Positions 17,540 to 26,098 are shown, counted from the stretch's first letter. The stretch: 33,472 nucleotides of DNA from Haloarculaceae archaeon (GCA_042217365.1 JBDGST010000082.1:1-33472); one strand, 5' to 3'. A program made the numbers and translations. Notes: generated by a model from the sequence alone, not told the origin.

Positions 17540-18313
17540 TCAGGAGAGTTCGGCGTCGCAGGCCGGGCAGACCCGGACGCGCGCCGGTATCTCGGTCCCG
17601 CAGTACCTGCAGAACTTCGTGTCCCCGGCGTCCGGCTTCCGATCGCCTCGACACGCGGGGCACTCCTCGCCGGTGTAAGTCCGCTCGTGCTCCTCGCAGT
17701 ACTCCCTGGTGTCCGAGTCGCTCCCGGCGCCGTCCGCGGAGCCGTCGTCCGCCGTCGCGACTTTCGACCGGTTGACGACGCTGTCGTCGACGGTGACCTC
17801 GCGCCCGTCTTTGACCGCCGACCCCTTCCCGGCTCCGTCGCCGGTCGCGGACCCGATCTCCGAGCGGTTGACGACGCTGTCGCGGACCTCGGTCCGGTTT
17901 TCGACCTTGTTCCCGGCGACGTAATCGCCGCCGCGGACCTCGACGCGCGCGTCGCGCTGGACTTCGAGTTTCAGCGTCGTCTGGTACCCGATCTCGATCG
18001 TCGCGTCGCGGCGGACCCGCTCGACGTGTCCCTCCCCGATATCGGTCTCGTCCCGGTTCGTCCGGACGATGACCCCGTTGGTGTTGTTGCGGTTCCGGAC
18101 TTCGAGGCAGTCGTCCCGGGCGTTCAGGACGACCGGCGCCGTGCCGTTTTTCTTCCGGGACACGGTCGCGTCGGCCACGCCGAGCCGGTAGATCTCGTCC
18201 CCCTGTGCGGCCAGGACCTCCTGTGTATCTCCCGGGTCGCGGTAGACTTCGGTCTCCGACTCGACCGGCACTTCGGCTGACTCCGTCCCCACGACCGAAA
18301 GATAACCCCTCAT
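17540..18313 (-). CDS. Zinc-ribbon protein with beta-strand-rich repeat region and two DSVVNRS motifs (paralogue of 28396..29028)
   Basis: 257 aa with alternating-pattern repeats (TLKLEVQRDARVEVRGGDYVAGNKVENRTEV), RDSVVNRSEIG and DDSVVNRSKVA, then C-terminal YCEEHERTYTGEECPACRG and FCRYCGTEIPARVRVCPACDAEL (double zinc ribbon). Confidence 0.6.
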   Translation of the reverse strand: MRGYLSVVGTESAEVPVESETEVYRDPGDTQEVLAAQGDEIYRLGVADATVSRKKNGTAPVVLNARDDCLEVRNRNNTNGVIVRTNRDETDIGEGHVERVRRDATIEIGYQTTLKLEVQRDARVEVRGGDYVAGNKVENRTEVRDSVVNRSEIGSATGDGAGKGSAVKDGREVTVDDSVVNRSKVATADDGSADGAGSDSDTREYCEEHERTYTGEECPACRGDRKPDAGDTKFCRYCGTEIPARVRVCPACDAELS

Positions 18314-18463
18314 TACTCGGTATGAGTCAGATCATCGGGGAAATAGGTTTCCCTCCCCGAAACACTCCCCCGGCGGGCGTGCTCTCCGCCCGGTCCCGCT
18401 TCGGTTCCGGGCGGCCGCCCGGCCGTCGGTCCCCTCGCGGGTGCCTGTCCAATCACCGGTCGG

Positions 18464-19222
18464 TCACCCCGACTCCGCCCGCTGGTACAGCCGTTTCGTC
18501 CGCTCGGCCAGCCGGTCGACCCGGTCGCGCCGCTCGGCGTCCAGTTCCCCGTCGGTCGGCACCACTTCGAGCTGCTCGACCAGCGCGTCGAGGTCCGCCC
18601 GCACGTCGGCGTACGCGTCGTCGTCGACCGGATGCTCCCGGACGTAGTCGCGCAGTTCGGCGGCGCGCCTGTGACAGGCCTCGGCGGACTCGCCGGCCGC
18701 AGTCTGGAGGTGCTCGGCCAGCGAGGCGGCCAGGTAGTCGTCCCCGTCGTCGCCCCCGTCGGCGGGAGCGGCTTCCTCGACGTCCGTGAGCCGGCGGCGC
18801 GCGCGCTCGCGGACCGCCTCTGGCGTCGCGTCGGTCGCCAGCTCCGACAGCGTCTCGCGGATCTCGGCGACGCGCTCGTCCGGTGCGTCCCTGGCGAACT
18901 CCCGGAGCCGGTCGATCGCGTCCAGCCGGTCGTCTTTGAACGTTCCGTCGCGCGCGAGCGCGGCGAACGCCGGGACGACCACGCCGGCGGCGCCGTCGGG
19001 GTCGGATTCGAAACACTCCCGGAGCTTCTCGCGTGCGAGGTCGCGCTCGGCCCGCCCGGTCGCGTCGAGCGCGACCTCCCGGAGCGCTTCGAGCGCCGCT
19101 CGCTTGCCCTCCGGCCCGGCGTCGGGGAACGCGCGGGCGAGCTCCTCGATCGCCTCCTCGCGGTCCCGCGAGTACGGCGAGTCCAGCGCCGTCTCGCGGT
19201 GGGTCCGTATCGCCTCGTTCAT
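18464..19222 (-). CDS. HEAT-like alpha-helical repeat protein (252 aa)
   Basis: Start ATG 19222 (MNEAIRTHRET). Repeated ~30-aa helical units (EEAIEELARAFPDAGPEGKRAALEALREVAL ..., RLDAIDRLREFARDAPDERVAEIRETLSEL ...). Start is 31 nt downstream of the SPFH gene stop. Confidence 0.55.
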   Translation of the reverse strand: MNEAIRTHRETALDSPYSRDREEAIEELARAFPDAGPEGKRAALEALREVALDATGRAERDLAREKLRECFESDPDGAAGVVVPAFAALARDGTFKDDRLDAIDRLREFARDAPDERVAEIRETLSELATDATPEAVRERARRRLTDVEEAAPADGGDDGDDYLAASLAEHLQTAAGESAEACHRRAAELRDYVREHPVDDDAYADVRADLDALVEQLEVVPTDGELDAERRDRVDRLAERTKRLYQRAESG

Positions 19223-19253
19223 CGTTCGGCCTCCTCGCGTCGTGTGTCTTCGG

Positions 19254-21095
19254 TCATAGTTCGGTCCCGCAGTCGGTACAGAACGCCTGGTCGGCCGGCA
19301 CGGCCGCGCCACACGACGGACAGGCCACGGAGCCGCCCGACCGGTCGGCCCCGCCGCCCTGGTCGCCGCTACCGCTCTCTTCGCCACCGCCGCTCCGGCC
19401 TCCGCTCTCGCCGCCACCGCCGCCCGGGCCGTCGCCGCCGCCCTGGACGATGGTCGTGTCCCCGGAGTCGCTCGACCCGCCCGCGTCGGGGACGATGACG
19501 TTGTCGGAGGTGTCCTCGGCGGCTGCCTCGGCCGTGTCGCCCATGTTGTCCATCGCGGACTCGCTGGTCTCCTGGACGCGGTCCATCGCGTCCTCCATGG
19601 TCTCGCGCAGTTCCTCGCGGAACTGTTCCTGGTCCTCGACGCGCTGGCGCTCGGTCTCGGCGTCGTGGGCCTCCTGGCGGGCTTTCGCGAGTTCGTCGCT
19701 CTCCTTGGCGCCCAGGGCTTCGAGCTGTTCCGGCGTGAGGTCCTCGGCCTTCTCGATCTCCGCGAGCTCCGCCACCGCCTCGTCGACGCTGTCCATGCTC
19801 GCCAGCGTGTCGAGGTCGACCTCGTCGCGGGCCTGGAGGCGCTCTCTCTCCACCTCGACCTCGTGTTCCTCGCGGCGCATCTCGATGTCCTGCTCGCGCT
19901 CCTCGACGTCCAGGCCGTCCATGTCCTTGCGCTTTTTCGCGTCCAGCAGGTCGTCTATCTCCGACATGTCCTGCTCGTGTTCTATCTCCCGGCGCTCGGC
20001 CTCGGCCTCCGTGCGCGTGGTCTTTTTCTCCTGGTCGTGCTCGACCTCCTCGCGCTCGGCCTCGTGGCGGTGGCGCCGCCGCATGTCGTCTTTCTCGTGG
20101 GACTGCTCGATCTCCTGGGTCTCCAGCTCGTGGTCGGCGCTCTGCCGGGCCGACCCCCGCCTGACCCGCTGGCGCTGGTCGTGGACCACCCGCTCGGTCT
20201 CGCGTTCGGTCTCGCGCTTGTCCAGCTCCAGCTCGTCGTCGGCGATGTCCTGCTTCTCACGCTCGATCTCGACCTCCTTGCGCCGCTCGCGGACCTCGTC
20301 GAGGTCGTCGCCGTACTCGAACGAGAGGAGGTCCACGAGCCGGAGCCCGTTGCGCTCCAGGGTCCGGCGCAGTTCGTGCTCGACGTCCTGCCGGAGGTCC
20401 CGTTTCAGCTCGCGGTTCCCGTAGAGGTCGTCGCGCTCGTAGCCGCTGATGGTCGCCTCTAACTCGTCGCGGATCGCGTCGCCCAGCGTCGCGGTCAGCG
20501 TCTCGGCGGTGACGGCGTCGCGGGTGCGCAGCATCTCCGTGAAGAACAGCTGCGGGTCGTCGACCTCGATCACGAGTTCGACCCCGACGCTGACGAGGTA
20601 GTCCGTCGCCGTCCGGACGTCGTCGACCTCGACCGTGACGGCGGTGGTCCCCTCGTTGACGAGAAAGACCGCGTAGTCCTGGCCCCGCCTGAAGTCCTTC
20701 AGCTTCCGGCCCAGCGAGTCGAGGGTGTGCTTGCCGGGGCCGAGTGTCCCCTTGATCTCGCCGTTCTCCAGCAGGAGCGCCCGGTTGCCCGCCTCGATCT
20801 TCACTTCCTCTTTCTGTCGCAGGCGCGCGAGGAACCCCCGAGCCTGCAGGTCGCTCCCGGTGGCGCGGCGGGCGAACTCGTACTCGCGCAGCTGCAACAC
20901 GTCGCTGTCGCCGGCCCGGGCGGCGTCCGGGTCCGCCCCGCCGGTCAGCTCCGCTCCGCACTCGGCGCAGTAGGCGGCGTCGGCCGGGTTGTCAGCGCCG
21001 CAACTCGGACAGCTCGCCGCCAGCGACGTCCCGCACTCCCCGCAGAACCGGGCGTCGGCCGGCGCCGTCGCGCCGCAGCTCGGACACTGCATCAC
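19254..21095 (-). CDS. Triple zinc-ribbon SPFH/band-7 (flotillin-like) protein with ~330-aa E/R/D-rich coiled coil
   Basis: N-terminal CPSCGATAPADARFCGECG plus CPSCGADNPADAAYCAECG (double zinc ribbon). SPFH-like core (VKIEAGNRALLLENGEIKGTLGPGKHTL ... VFLVNEGTTAVTVEVDDVRTATDYLVSVGVELVIEVDDPQLFF ... RELKRDLRQDVEHELRRTLERNGLRLVDLLSFEY). Long charged coiled coil, then a G/S-rich linker and C-terminal CPSCGAAVPADQAFCTDCG. Confidence 0.7.
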   Translation of the reverse strand: MMQCPSCGATAPADARFCGECGTSLAASCPSCGADNPADAAYCAECGAELTGGADPDAARAGDSDVLQLREYEFARRATGSDLQARGFLARLRQKEEVKIEAGNRALLLENGEIKGTLGPGKHTLDSLGRKLKDFRRGQDYAVFLVNEGTTAVTVEVDDVRTATDYLVSVGVELVIEVDDPQLFFTEMLRTRDAVTAETLTATLGDAIRDELEATISGYERDDLYGNRELKRDLRQDVEHELRRTLERNGLRLVDLLSFEYGDDLDEVRERRKEVEIEREKQDIADDELELDKRETERETERVVHDQRQRVRRGSARQSADHELETQEIEQSHEKDDMRRRHRHEAEREEVEHDQEKKTTRTEAEAERREIEHEQDMSEIDDLLDAKKRKDMDGLDVEEREQDIEMRREEHEVEVERERLQARDEVDLDTLASMDSVDEAVAELAEIEKAEDLTPEQLEALGAKESDELAKARQEAHDAETERQRVEDQEQFREELRETMEDAMDRVQETSESAMDNMGDTAEAAAEDTSDNVIVPDAGGSSDSGDTTIVQGGGDGPGGGGGESGGRSGGGEESGSGDQGGGADRSGGSVACPSCGAAVPADQAFCTDCGTEL

Positions 21096-21177
21096 CGATC
21101 ACCCCCGTCCGCGGCGGACGTGCGGTCCAGTCGGTCGTGTGCCGTTTCGACAGTGTCGTGTCGCTGTCCGAACATGG

Positions 21178-21447
21178 TTATCTGAGCCCCTGTAAGTAGT
21201 CCTGTCGCCCGGCGAACGAGCGTTCGAGCGCGGCGACGGCGTCCTCGCCCGCCTCGTAGAGCCGGTCGGACGCGTCGTCGAGCGCGCGCTTCGCGTCGTC
21301 GAGGTCTCGCTCCAGCTTCTCGCGGATCGCCCGGTCGGTCGCCGCCCGCGCCTCGTGGGTCCGGTAGTCGTACCCCGGGACGACCCGCTTGAGGAGCGCG
21401 CTGTTCGTCGACAGTTTCCCCTCGTCGACGTCGTCGAGTAGACTCAT
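21178..21447 (-). CDS. Small helical protein (89 aa), hypothetical
   Basis: High GC3. Lies between the AAA and SPFH genes on the same strand. TATA-like ACTATACT about 50 nt upstream. Confidence 0.45.
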   Translation of the reverse strand: MSLLDDVDEGKLSTNSALLKRVVPGYDYRTHEARAATDRAIREKLERDLDDAKRALDDASDRLYEAGEDAVAALERSFAGRQDYLQGLR

Positions 21448-21635
21448 GCGCCGTGACCTCCCGGACTCGGTCTGACCATTATCCGTGTTCCTGCAGTATA
21501 GTGTTTGGCGTCAGTTCGGCCCGCTGACGTGCTCGCCGAGGCCCGCCCCCCGTCAGTCGGCGGACCCTCGTCGGGCCGGCGGTGGCCGGGGGACGCGCCC
21601 GCGACTCGCCCGGTTCGGTCTCGTCCCGCCATCGG

Positions 21636-22802
21636 TCAGCCCTCCCAGTCGGCGAGGCTGGACTCGGTTTCCTCGATGGCCGCCTCGAGGTGGTCCTGCG
21701 TGATGCGTCGTATCTCGTCGGCCTCGCGGGCGTCCTGGAGGGCCTTGCGGGCCGCGTCCGTCGCGACCAGTTCCATGTCGCTGGCGGAGTACCCCTCGGT
21801 CCGGTCCTCGATGGTCTCCCAGTCTATCTCCTCGGTGAGGACCGGCCTGTCCCGGAGGTGGACCCGGAGGATGGCGCTGCGGGCTGCGGGGTCCGGCGGC
21901 GGCACCTCGATCCGCTCGTCGAACCGGCCCGACCGCTTGATGGCGTCGTCGACCGACTCGAGCAGGTTCGTCGCCGCGAACACGACCACGTCCTCGCCCT
22001 GGATGTCGCTCAACTCGGTCAGGATCTGGTTGACCATCTGGCGCTCGCTCTGGGTCTTCTGTGCGCCCCCGGAGCGCTGCCCGGCGATGGCGTCGACCTC
22101 GTCGACGAAGACGAGACACGGCTGGTTGTCCCGCGCGACCGCGAACAGGTCCGCGACGTTGTCCGCGGCCTCGCCGACCAGCGACGAAGTCAGGTCAGAC
22201 GGCGTCACCTCGACGAAGTTGTAGTCGAGCTTGCCCGCGAGCGCACGCGTGACGTACGTCTTGCCCGTTCCCGGCGGCCCGTAGAGGAGGACGCCGTTCA
22301 CGACGCCGAGGTCGTACTCCTCGTAGAGCTCCGGGCGTTCGAGCGGGTCGACGACCTTCTCGATGAGGGTCTGCTTGAGGTCGCTCATCCCGCCGACGTC
22401 GTCGAAGTCCAGGTCCGGCGGGTCCTCCAGGTACTCGCTCGCGTCGGCGACGTCCCCCTCGCCGTCCCCGTCCGCGTCGACCTCGTCGGGACTGTCCGCG
22501 TTCGACCCGCCTGTCGCGCCGGCGTCGGCGTTCGCGCTCGACCCGTCACGACCCGTTCCTCCCGACGCCCGTTCGGCGAGCGTCTCGGCTGCCTCCCGCA
22601 GGTTCGCCGCCAGGTCGCGTCGCTTCTTCGCGACGGCGTCCCGGGACTCCAGACCGGCTATCTCGTCGAGCAGTTCGGCGCACTTCCGGTAGTGCGTGGC
22701 GGCCTCGTCCGGTTCGTCGCGCTCGCGGGCCTTCTCGGCGCGCTCGCGGTGGCGCCGGTAGTCGTCTTTCAGGATCTCCCTGTGGGCGTCGTCTCCCAGC
22801 AT
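21636..22802 (-). CDS. MIT-domain AAA+ ATPase (Vps4/CdvC-like)
   Basis: N-terminal three-helix region (EAATHYRKCAELLDEIAG ...) resembling a MIT domain. Single AAA cassette with Walker A GPPGTGKT, Walker B CLVFVDEVD, second region of homology and arginine finger (SGRFDERIEV). Start is 22 nt downstream of the Snf7-like gene stop. Confidence 0.85.
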   Translation of the reverse strand: MLGDDAHREILKDDYRRHRERAEKARERDEPDEAATHYRKCAELLDEIAGLESRDAVAKKRRDLAANLREAAETLAERASGGTGRDGSSANADAGATGGSNADSPDEVDADGDGEGDVADASEYLEDPPDLDFDDVGGMSDLKQTLIEKVVDPLERPELYEEYDLGVVNGVLLYGPPGTGKTYVTRALAGKLDYNFVEVTPSDLTSSLVGEAADNVADLFAVARDNQPCLVFVDEVDAIAGQRSGGAQKTQSERQMVNQILTELSDIQGEDVVVFAATNLLESVDDAIKRSGRFDERIEVPPPDPAARSAILRVHLRDRPVLTEEIDWETIEDRTEGYSASDMELVATDAARKALQDAREADEIRRITQDHLEAAIEETESSLADWEG

Positions 22803-22824
22803 AGGTGAAAGACCGACCAGCCCG

Positions 22825-23487
22825 TCAGAGGTCGTCTATCGACACTTCTCCGGTGTCGATGTCGTCGTCGATGTCGATTCCCTCCTCGATGCTGACCTCC
22901 GATTCGGCCTCGATGTCGACCTCCTCGGCGGACATCTCGGAGGTGGCGATCTGCTCCATCACTTCCTCCTCTTCGCCGACTTCCATCTCCAGCTGGTCGT
23001 CCATGATCGGGACGTCCAGTGCGTCCTGGATCTCCTGCATGTCCTCCATTTCGATGCCGAACGACGCCATCCGCTCCATGATCTCGCTCTGGATCTCCTG
23101 GGCGTTGGCGTCACTCATCGCCTCGTCGATCGCGATGTCCTCGTCGTCGTGCAGGTCCATGATGTCCCGCATGCCCTGGATGCTGAGCACCGTGCCGAGC
23201 TTGACGTTGTTCGCCCGGTACTTCTTCTTCTTGATGGCGTATTTCTTCTTCTCGAACTTGGCCTTCTGCGCGTACTTCTTGCGCTGCAGCTCGCCCTCCT
23301 GGGCGCCCTCCTGGAGCAGTTTCCTGTACTTGCGCCGGTGTTTGTCCATCTCCTGCTCGAGCTTCTTCGAGCGGTGCTCCAGCTTCGAGATGTCCTTCCG
23401 GAGCTCCGTGTCGCTGTAAACGCTCTCTTCGAGCAGTGACTCGCCCGTACCGTTGAACCGTTCCTGAACCCAGTTGCGCAGTTCCAT
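22825..23487 (-). CDS. ESCRT-III / Snf7-like protein (PspA/Vipp1/ESCRT-III superfamily), 220 aa
   Basis: Basic N-terminal half (KKYAQKAKFEKKKYAIKKKKYRANNVKLGTVLSIQ) aligns by eye with CHMP4/Snf7 alpha1-alpha2 (KRAALQALKRKKRYEKQLAQIDGTLSTIEFQ). DIAIDEAMSDANAQEIQSEIMERMAS matches Snf7 alpha4-alpha5 (MDIDKVDELMQDIADQQELAEEISTAIS). Very acidic C-terminal tail ending ...EVSIDDL. High GC3 codons; the plus-strand overlapping ORF is S-rich junk. Confidence 0.7.
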   Translation of the reverse strand: MELRNWVQERFNGTGESLLEESVYSDTELRKDISKLEHRSKKLEQEMDKHRRKYRKLLQEGAQEGELQRKKYAQKAKFEKKKYAIKKKKYRANNVKLGTVLSIQGMRDIMDLHDDEDIAIDEAMSDANAQEIQSEIMERMASFGIEMEDMQEIQDALDVPIMDDQLEMEVGEEEEVMEQIATSEMSAEEVDIEAESEVSIEEGIDIDDDIDTGEVSIDDL

Positions 23488-23511
23488 GGTTGTATCGTTT
23501 GCCAGTCTGCT

Positions 23512-23521
23512 GTTATTATTG
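23512..23521 (-). promoter_or_regulatory. TATA-like box (minus-strand CAATAATAAC), ~28-30 nt upstream of ATG 23487
   Basis: Only AT-rich stretch in the 100-bp intergenic region; leaderless spacing. Confidence 0.4.
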
Positions 23522-23586
23522 TTTGGACCGTCCGTCGCCCGGCTGGCCGTCGACCGCCCGCCGTTTCCCGGCCGGTCTGTGACCCG

Positions 23587-23871
23587 CTACTCGATCTCCG
23601 GTTTCGCTATCGATAGCGTCCCGACGATCCCCAGCGCCGCGCCGACGCCGGCGACCACGATCAGGAGACGCTTGTCCTCGAAGGCCAGGTCGAACAGCCG
23701 GGCCCCGAGGGTCGCCTCCGCGTAGACGACCGCCGCGCCGATCACCAGCCCGCCGACCGACCCGTAGACCACCCGCTGCTCCATCAGGCTGTACACCCCG
23801 ACGACCAGACCGACGCCCAGCACGACGTTCGCCAGTAACGCGAGCGCCATCGCCCAGAGTTCGAGAGGCAT
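23587..23871 (-). CDS. Small membrane protein (94 aa, 3 TM)
   Basis: LWAMALALLANVVLGVGLVVGVY, GGLVIGAAVVYAEATLG, LLIVVAGVGAALGIVGTL. Stop is 100 nt upstream of the Snf7-like gene. Confidence 0.5.
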   Translation of the reverse strand: MPLELWAMALALLANVVLGVGLVVGVYSLMEQRVVYGSVGGLVIGAAVVYAEATLGARLFDLAFEDKRLLIVVAGVGAALGIVGTLSIAKPEIE

Positions 23872-24193
23872 CTTTTGCCATCACACCGTCTGACAGATCC
23901 ATTCGTTTATAGATACATAAAGATTTGGGTCCATTAGAGGTTTGAGGGAGTCTCCAAAATGGAGGTTATCGAGAGTGGAACGAACGAAAAGTGGCGAGAA
24001 CCGTAGAGACGGGCTCGGCCGCGCAGCCGACGACTCGACGGGTTCACGCCTCTTTCGAGCGCCGGTCGGAGCCCGGGCGACCACGGCTTCGACACCCCCG
24101 AAGCCGTCGACAGCCTCGATCAGCCGCGAGAGGTACTCCGGTCGAAACTCGACGGCTGACCCCCCTATCCGCGCCGACCGGACGGCAGGGAGA

Positions 24194-24349
24194 TCACTCT
24201 TCGTAGAACAGGAAGACGAGGATCTGACTCTCCCACTGGGTGACTTCGACGTCCCGTACGTCGTAGTGTTCGTGGAAGCTGTCCAGTTGCGACTGGATCT
24301 CTTCGACGTTGTTCGTCTGGTAGTCGAATTCGAGGATTTGCGTCTGCAT
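24194..24349 (-). CDS. Small conserved-looking ORF (51 aa), not in ORF track as a separate gene
   Basis: MQTQILEFDYQTNNVEEIQSQLDSFHEHYDVRDVEVTQWESQILVFLFYEE. Almost every codon is G/C-ending, i.e. genome-typical usage despite a low-GC amino-acid composition. It is the 3' tail of the artefactual 623-aa minus-strand ORF. Confidence 0.4.
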   Translation of the reverse strand: MQTQILEFDYQTNNVEEIQSQLDSFHEHYDVRDVEVTQWESQILVFLFYEE

Positions 24350-24547
24350 AGACCGACGTCGGACGGCCGCTCCTTTGCCTTTGTGGCGCCGGGGCGCCGG
24401 GAAGTAGCCATCGCCCGGTGGCGGCTGATAGCGCGCTCGCCGACTCCCGTGGCGAAGACGGTGACGGAGTACGTTCGGGTTGACCGCGATTCCACCGATA
24501 GTAGTTGCGGGAAAAATACTTTCACAGATGGCTGATATTGGGGCTCC

Positions 24548-26098
24548 ATGGCGAAGAGGGCGCCAGGATTCATCGACGGCGGAGAAGCCGTCACGGACGA
24601 ACAGGCGCGGACCGAGATACTCGCGGGCGCGTTCGAAGAGGCGGCGGGCGGGTACTTCGAGCGTCAGGTCGAGTACGAGCAGGCGATCGCCGACGCGCGG
24701 GAGGACAGAGACGACGCCAAGCGCGCGGGGATCGCAGGCGTGATCGCGGGTCTGGTCCTCGTGGTCGCCGGGCCGCTGATGGACGTCCTGCCGGTGTCGC
24801 TGCTCGGGCTCGTCGTCGCGGCGGTCGTCGGCTATCTCAAGTACCGCGAACACGAGGCGGCGGTCGAGCGCATCGAGGACAACCGGCGTGCGCTCAGGGA
24901 GGACAGACCGGACGGGCAGGTGTCGTTCGTGTCGCAGGTCGCCGTCCCTGCGTATCTCGTCCAGTACAGCGACCGGCACATGGTCTTCGACGGGCTGAAC
25001 CAGGCGCCGCGGACCGACCTGGAACTCGCGCTGGTCGACGGCGACGCGCTCCACGGGGCGCGCGCGGACCTCGAAGAGGTCGCGGACGTCCTCGACGAGT
25101 ATCTGTCGGGCCAAGAGGTCCTCGACCCGGCGTTCGCACAGGAGGTCTGCCCGGGGATCACCGACCACCGGCGCCTCGAAAAGCCGGTCACCGACCGGAT
25201 GGACCGGATGACGGCGATCGCCCGGGACGTTGACGTCGAGTCGATATCGGTCAACGTCCACGCGAACGACGGGATCGCCCGCAGCGTTCGGACGCTCAGC
25301 CGCGACGGGCTCCTGCGAGGGGACGGCGACCTGCCGGTCGTCGAGACCGAACAGTCGATGGCCGAGTGCGAGCAACTCGTCACAGATATCAGGGGCGTCG
25401 AGCAGCAGGCGGTCAGCGGCGACATGCTCGACCAGGCGCGGGACCACCGCGACGCGGTCGTAGAGGTCGCCGACGAGTTCGCCGAACCGCTGGGCACGAA
25501 CGCGGAGACCGTGGCGGAGCACTTCGACGCCCACGCCGGCGCAGTCGAGGACAGCACCGCCAAGTTCGTCTGCGAGGAGTGCCTCGCCGAGGAACTCGCG
25601 GCGGTCGACGACGAACTCGACCTGGTGGCGGAGATCCTCAGCGAGGAGACGGGGAGTTTCGGCGTCGCGCTGAGCGACCCCGACCTCGACGAGATCACGG
25701 TCGACGGCGAGGGGTCGTTCACCGACCAGGTCAGGGCCGACATCGAGGAGCACATCCCGGTACTCGAAGACGAACTCCGCGAGGCGTACAACACGCTCGG
25801 TGACATGGGTCCCGACGGCGACTACTGCATGAAACACGAGAGCGTCGAGACGGTCCCGGTCGCCCGCGACGGTCACCTGTTCGGCGAGGTGTGGCGGAGC
25901 CTCTACTACGAGTTTCGGGGACCGATCATGGACAGCGTCGAGGACCTCGAACGCGAATCCGAGGAAGTCAGACAGAACAAGGAACAGAAGATGATCGACC
26001 TCGCCCAGTACGAACAGATCAAGGACTCGGCCGAGCGGGATTTCCACGCCGTCAAGGCCGACCACGACGCCGCCGAAACCATCGAACGGAGGCTGTGA
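24548..26098 (+). CDS. Membrane-anchored hypothetical protein (516 aa, TM hairpin near N-terminus, large acidic cytoplasmic domain)
   Basis: GIAGVIAGLVLVVAGPLMDVLPVSLLGLVVAAVVGYL forms two TM helices. The remainder is acidic with no recognisable motif. TGA overlaps the next ATG (26096-26100). Confidence 0.6.
   Translation: MAKRAPGFIDGGEAVTDEQARTEILAGAFEEAAGGYFERQVEYEQAIADAREDRDDAKRAGIAGVIAGLVLVVAGPLMDVLPVSLLGLVVAAVVGYLKYREHEAAVERIEDNRRALREDRPDGQVSFVSQVAVPAYLVQYSDRHMVFDGLNQAPRTDLELALVDGDALHGARADLEEVADVLDEYLSGQEVLDPAFAQEVCPGITDHRRLEKPVTDRMDRMTAIARDVDVESISVNVHANDGIARSVRTLSRDGLLRGDGDLPVVETEQSMAECEQLVTDIRGVEQQAVSGDMLDQARDHRDAVVEVADEFAEPLGTNAETVAEHFDAHAGAVEDSTAKFVCEECLAEELAAVDDELDLVAEILSEETGSFGVALSDPDLDEITVDGEGSFTDQVRADIEEHIPVLEDELREAYNTLGDMGPDGDYCMKHESVETVPVARDGHLFGEVWRSLYYEFRGPIMDSVEDLERESEEVRQNKEQKMIDLAQYEQIKDSAERDFHAVKADHDAAETIERRL

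Noticed and set aside
17522-18280. Plus-strand 252-aa ORF overlapping the DSVVNRS zinc-ribbon gene; likewise 19665..20462 (+), 21582..22808 (+) and 22805..23419 (+).
   Set aside because: These are antisense frames of strongly supported minus-strand genes (zinc ribbons, AAA Walker motifs, Snf7-like codon usage). Their compositions are S- or R/L/V-rich junk.
22825-23487. Alternative reading of the 220-aa coiled-coil protein as a PspA/Vipp1 (phage-shock) homologue rather than ESCRT-III/Snf7.
   Set aside because: Not fully excluded, since both are in the same superfamily. However, the N-terminus lacks the PspA-type amphipathic MGIFSR-like start, the by-eye alignment to CHMP4/Snf7 helices is specific, and the immediate partner is a MIT-AAA ATPase rather than a PspF/PspBC-type partner.
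24194-26065. 623-aa minus-strand ORF antisense to the 516-aa plus-strand gene.
   Set aside because: Its L/V/R/D/G-rich composition is the mirror-frame artefact of the acidic plus-strand gene, which has TM helices and genome-typical codon usage. Only its last 51 codons (24194..24349) lie outside the plus gene, and they are reported separately.
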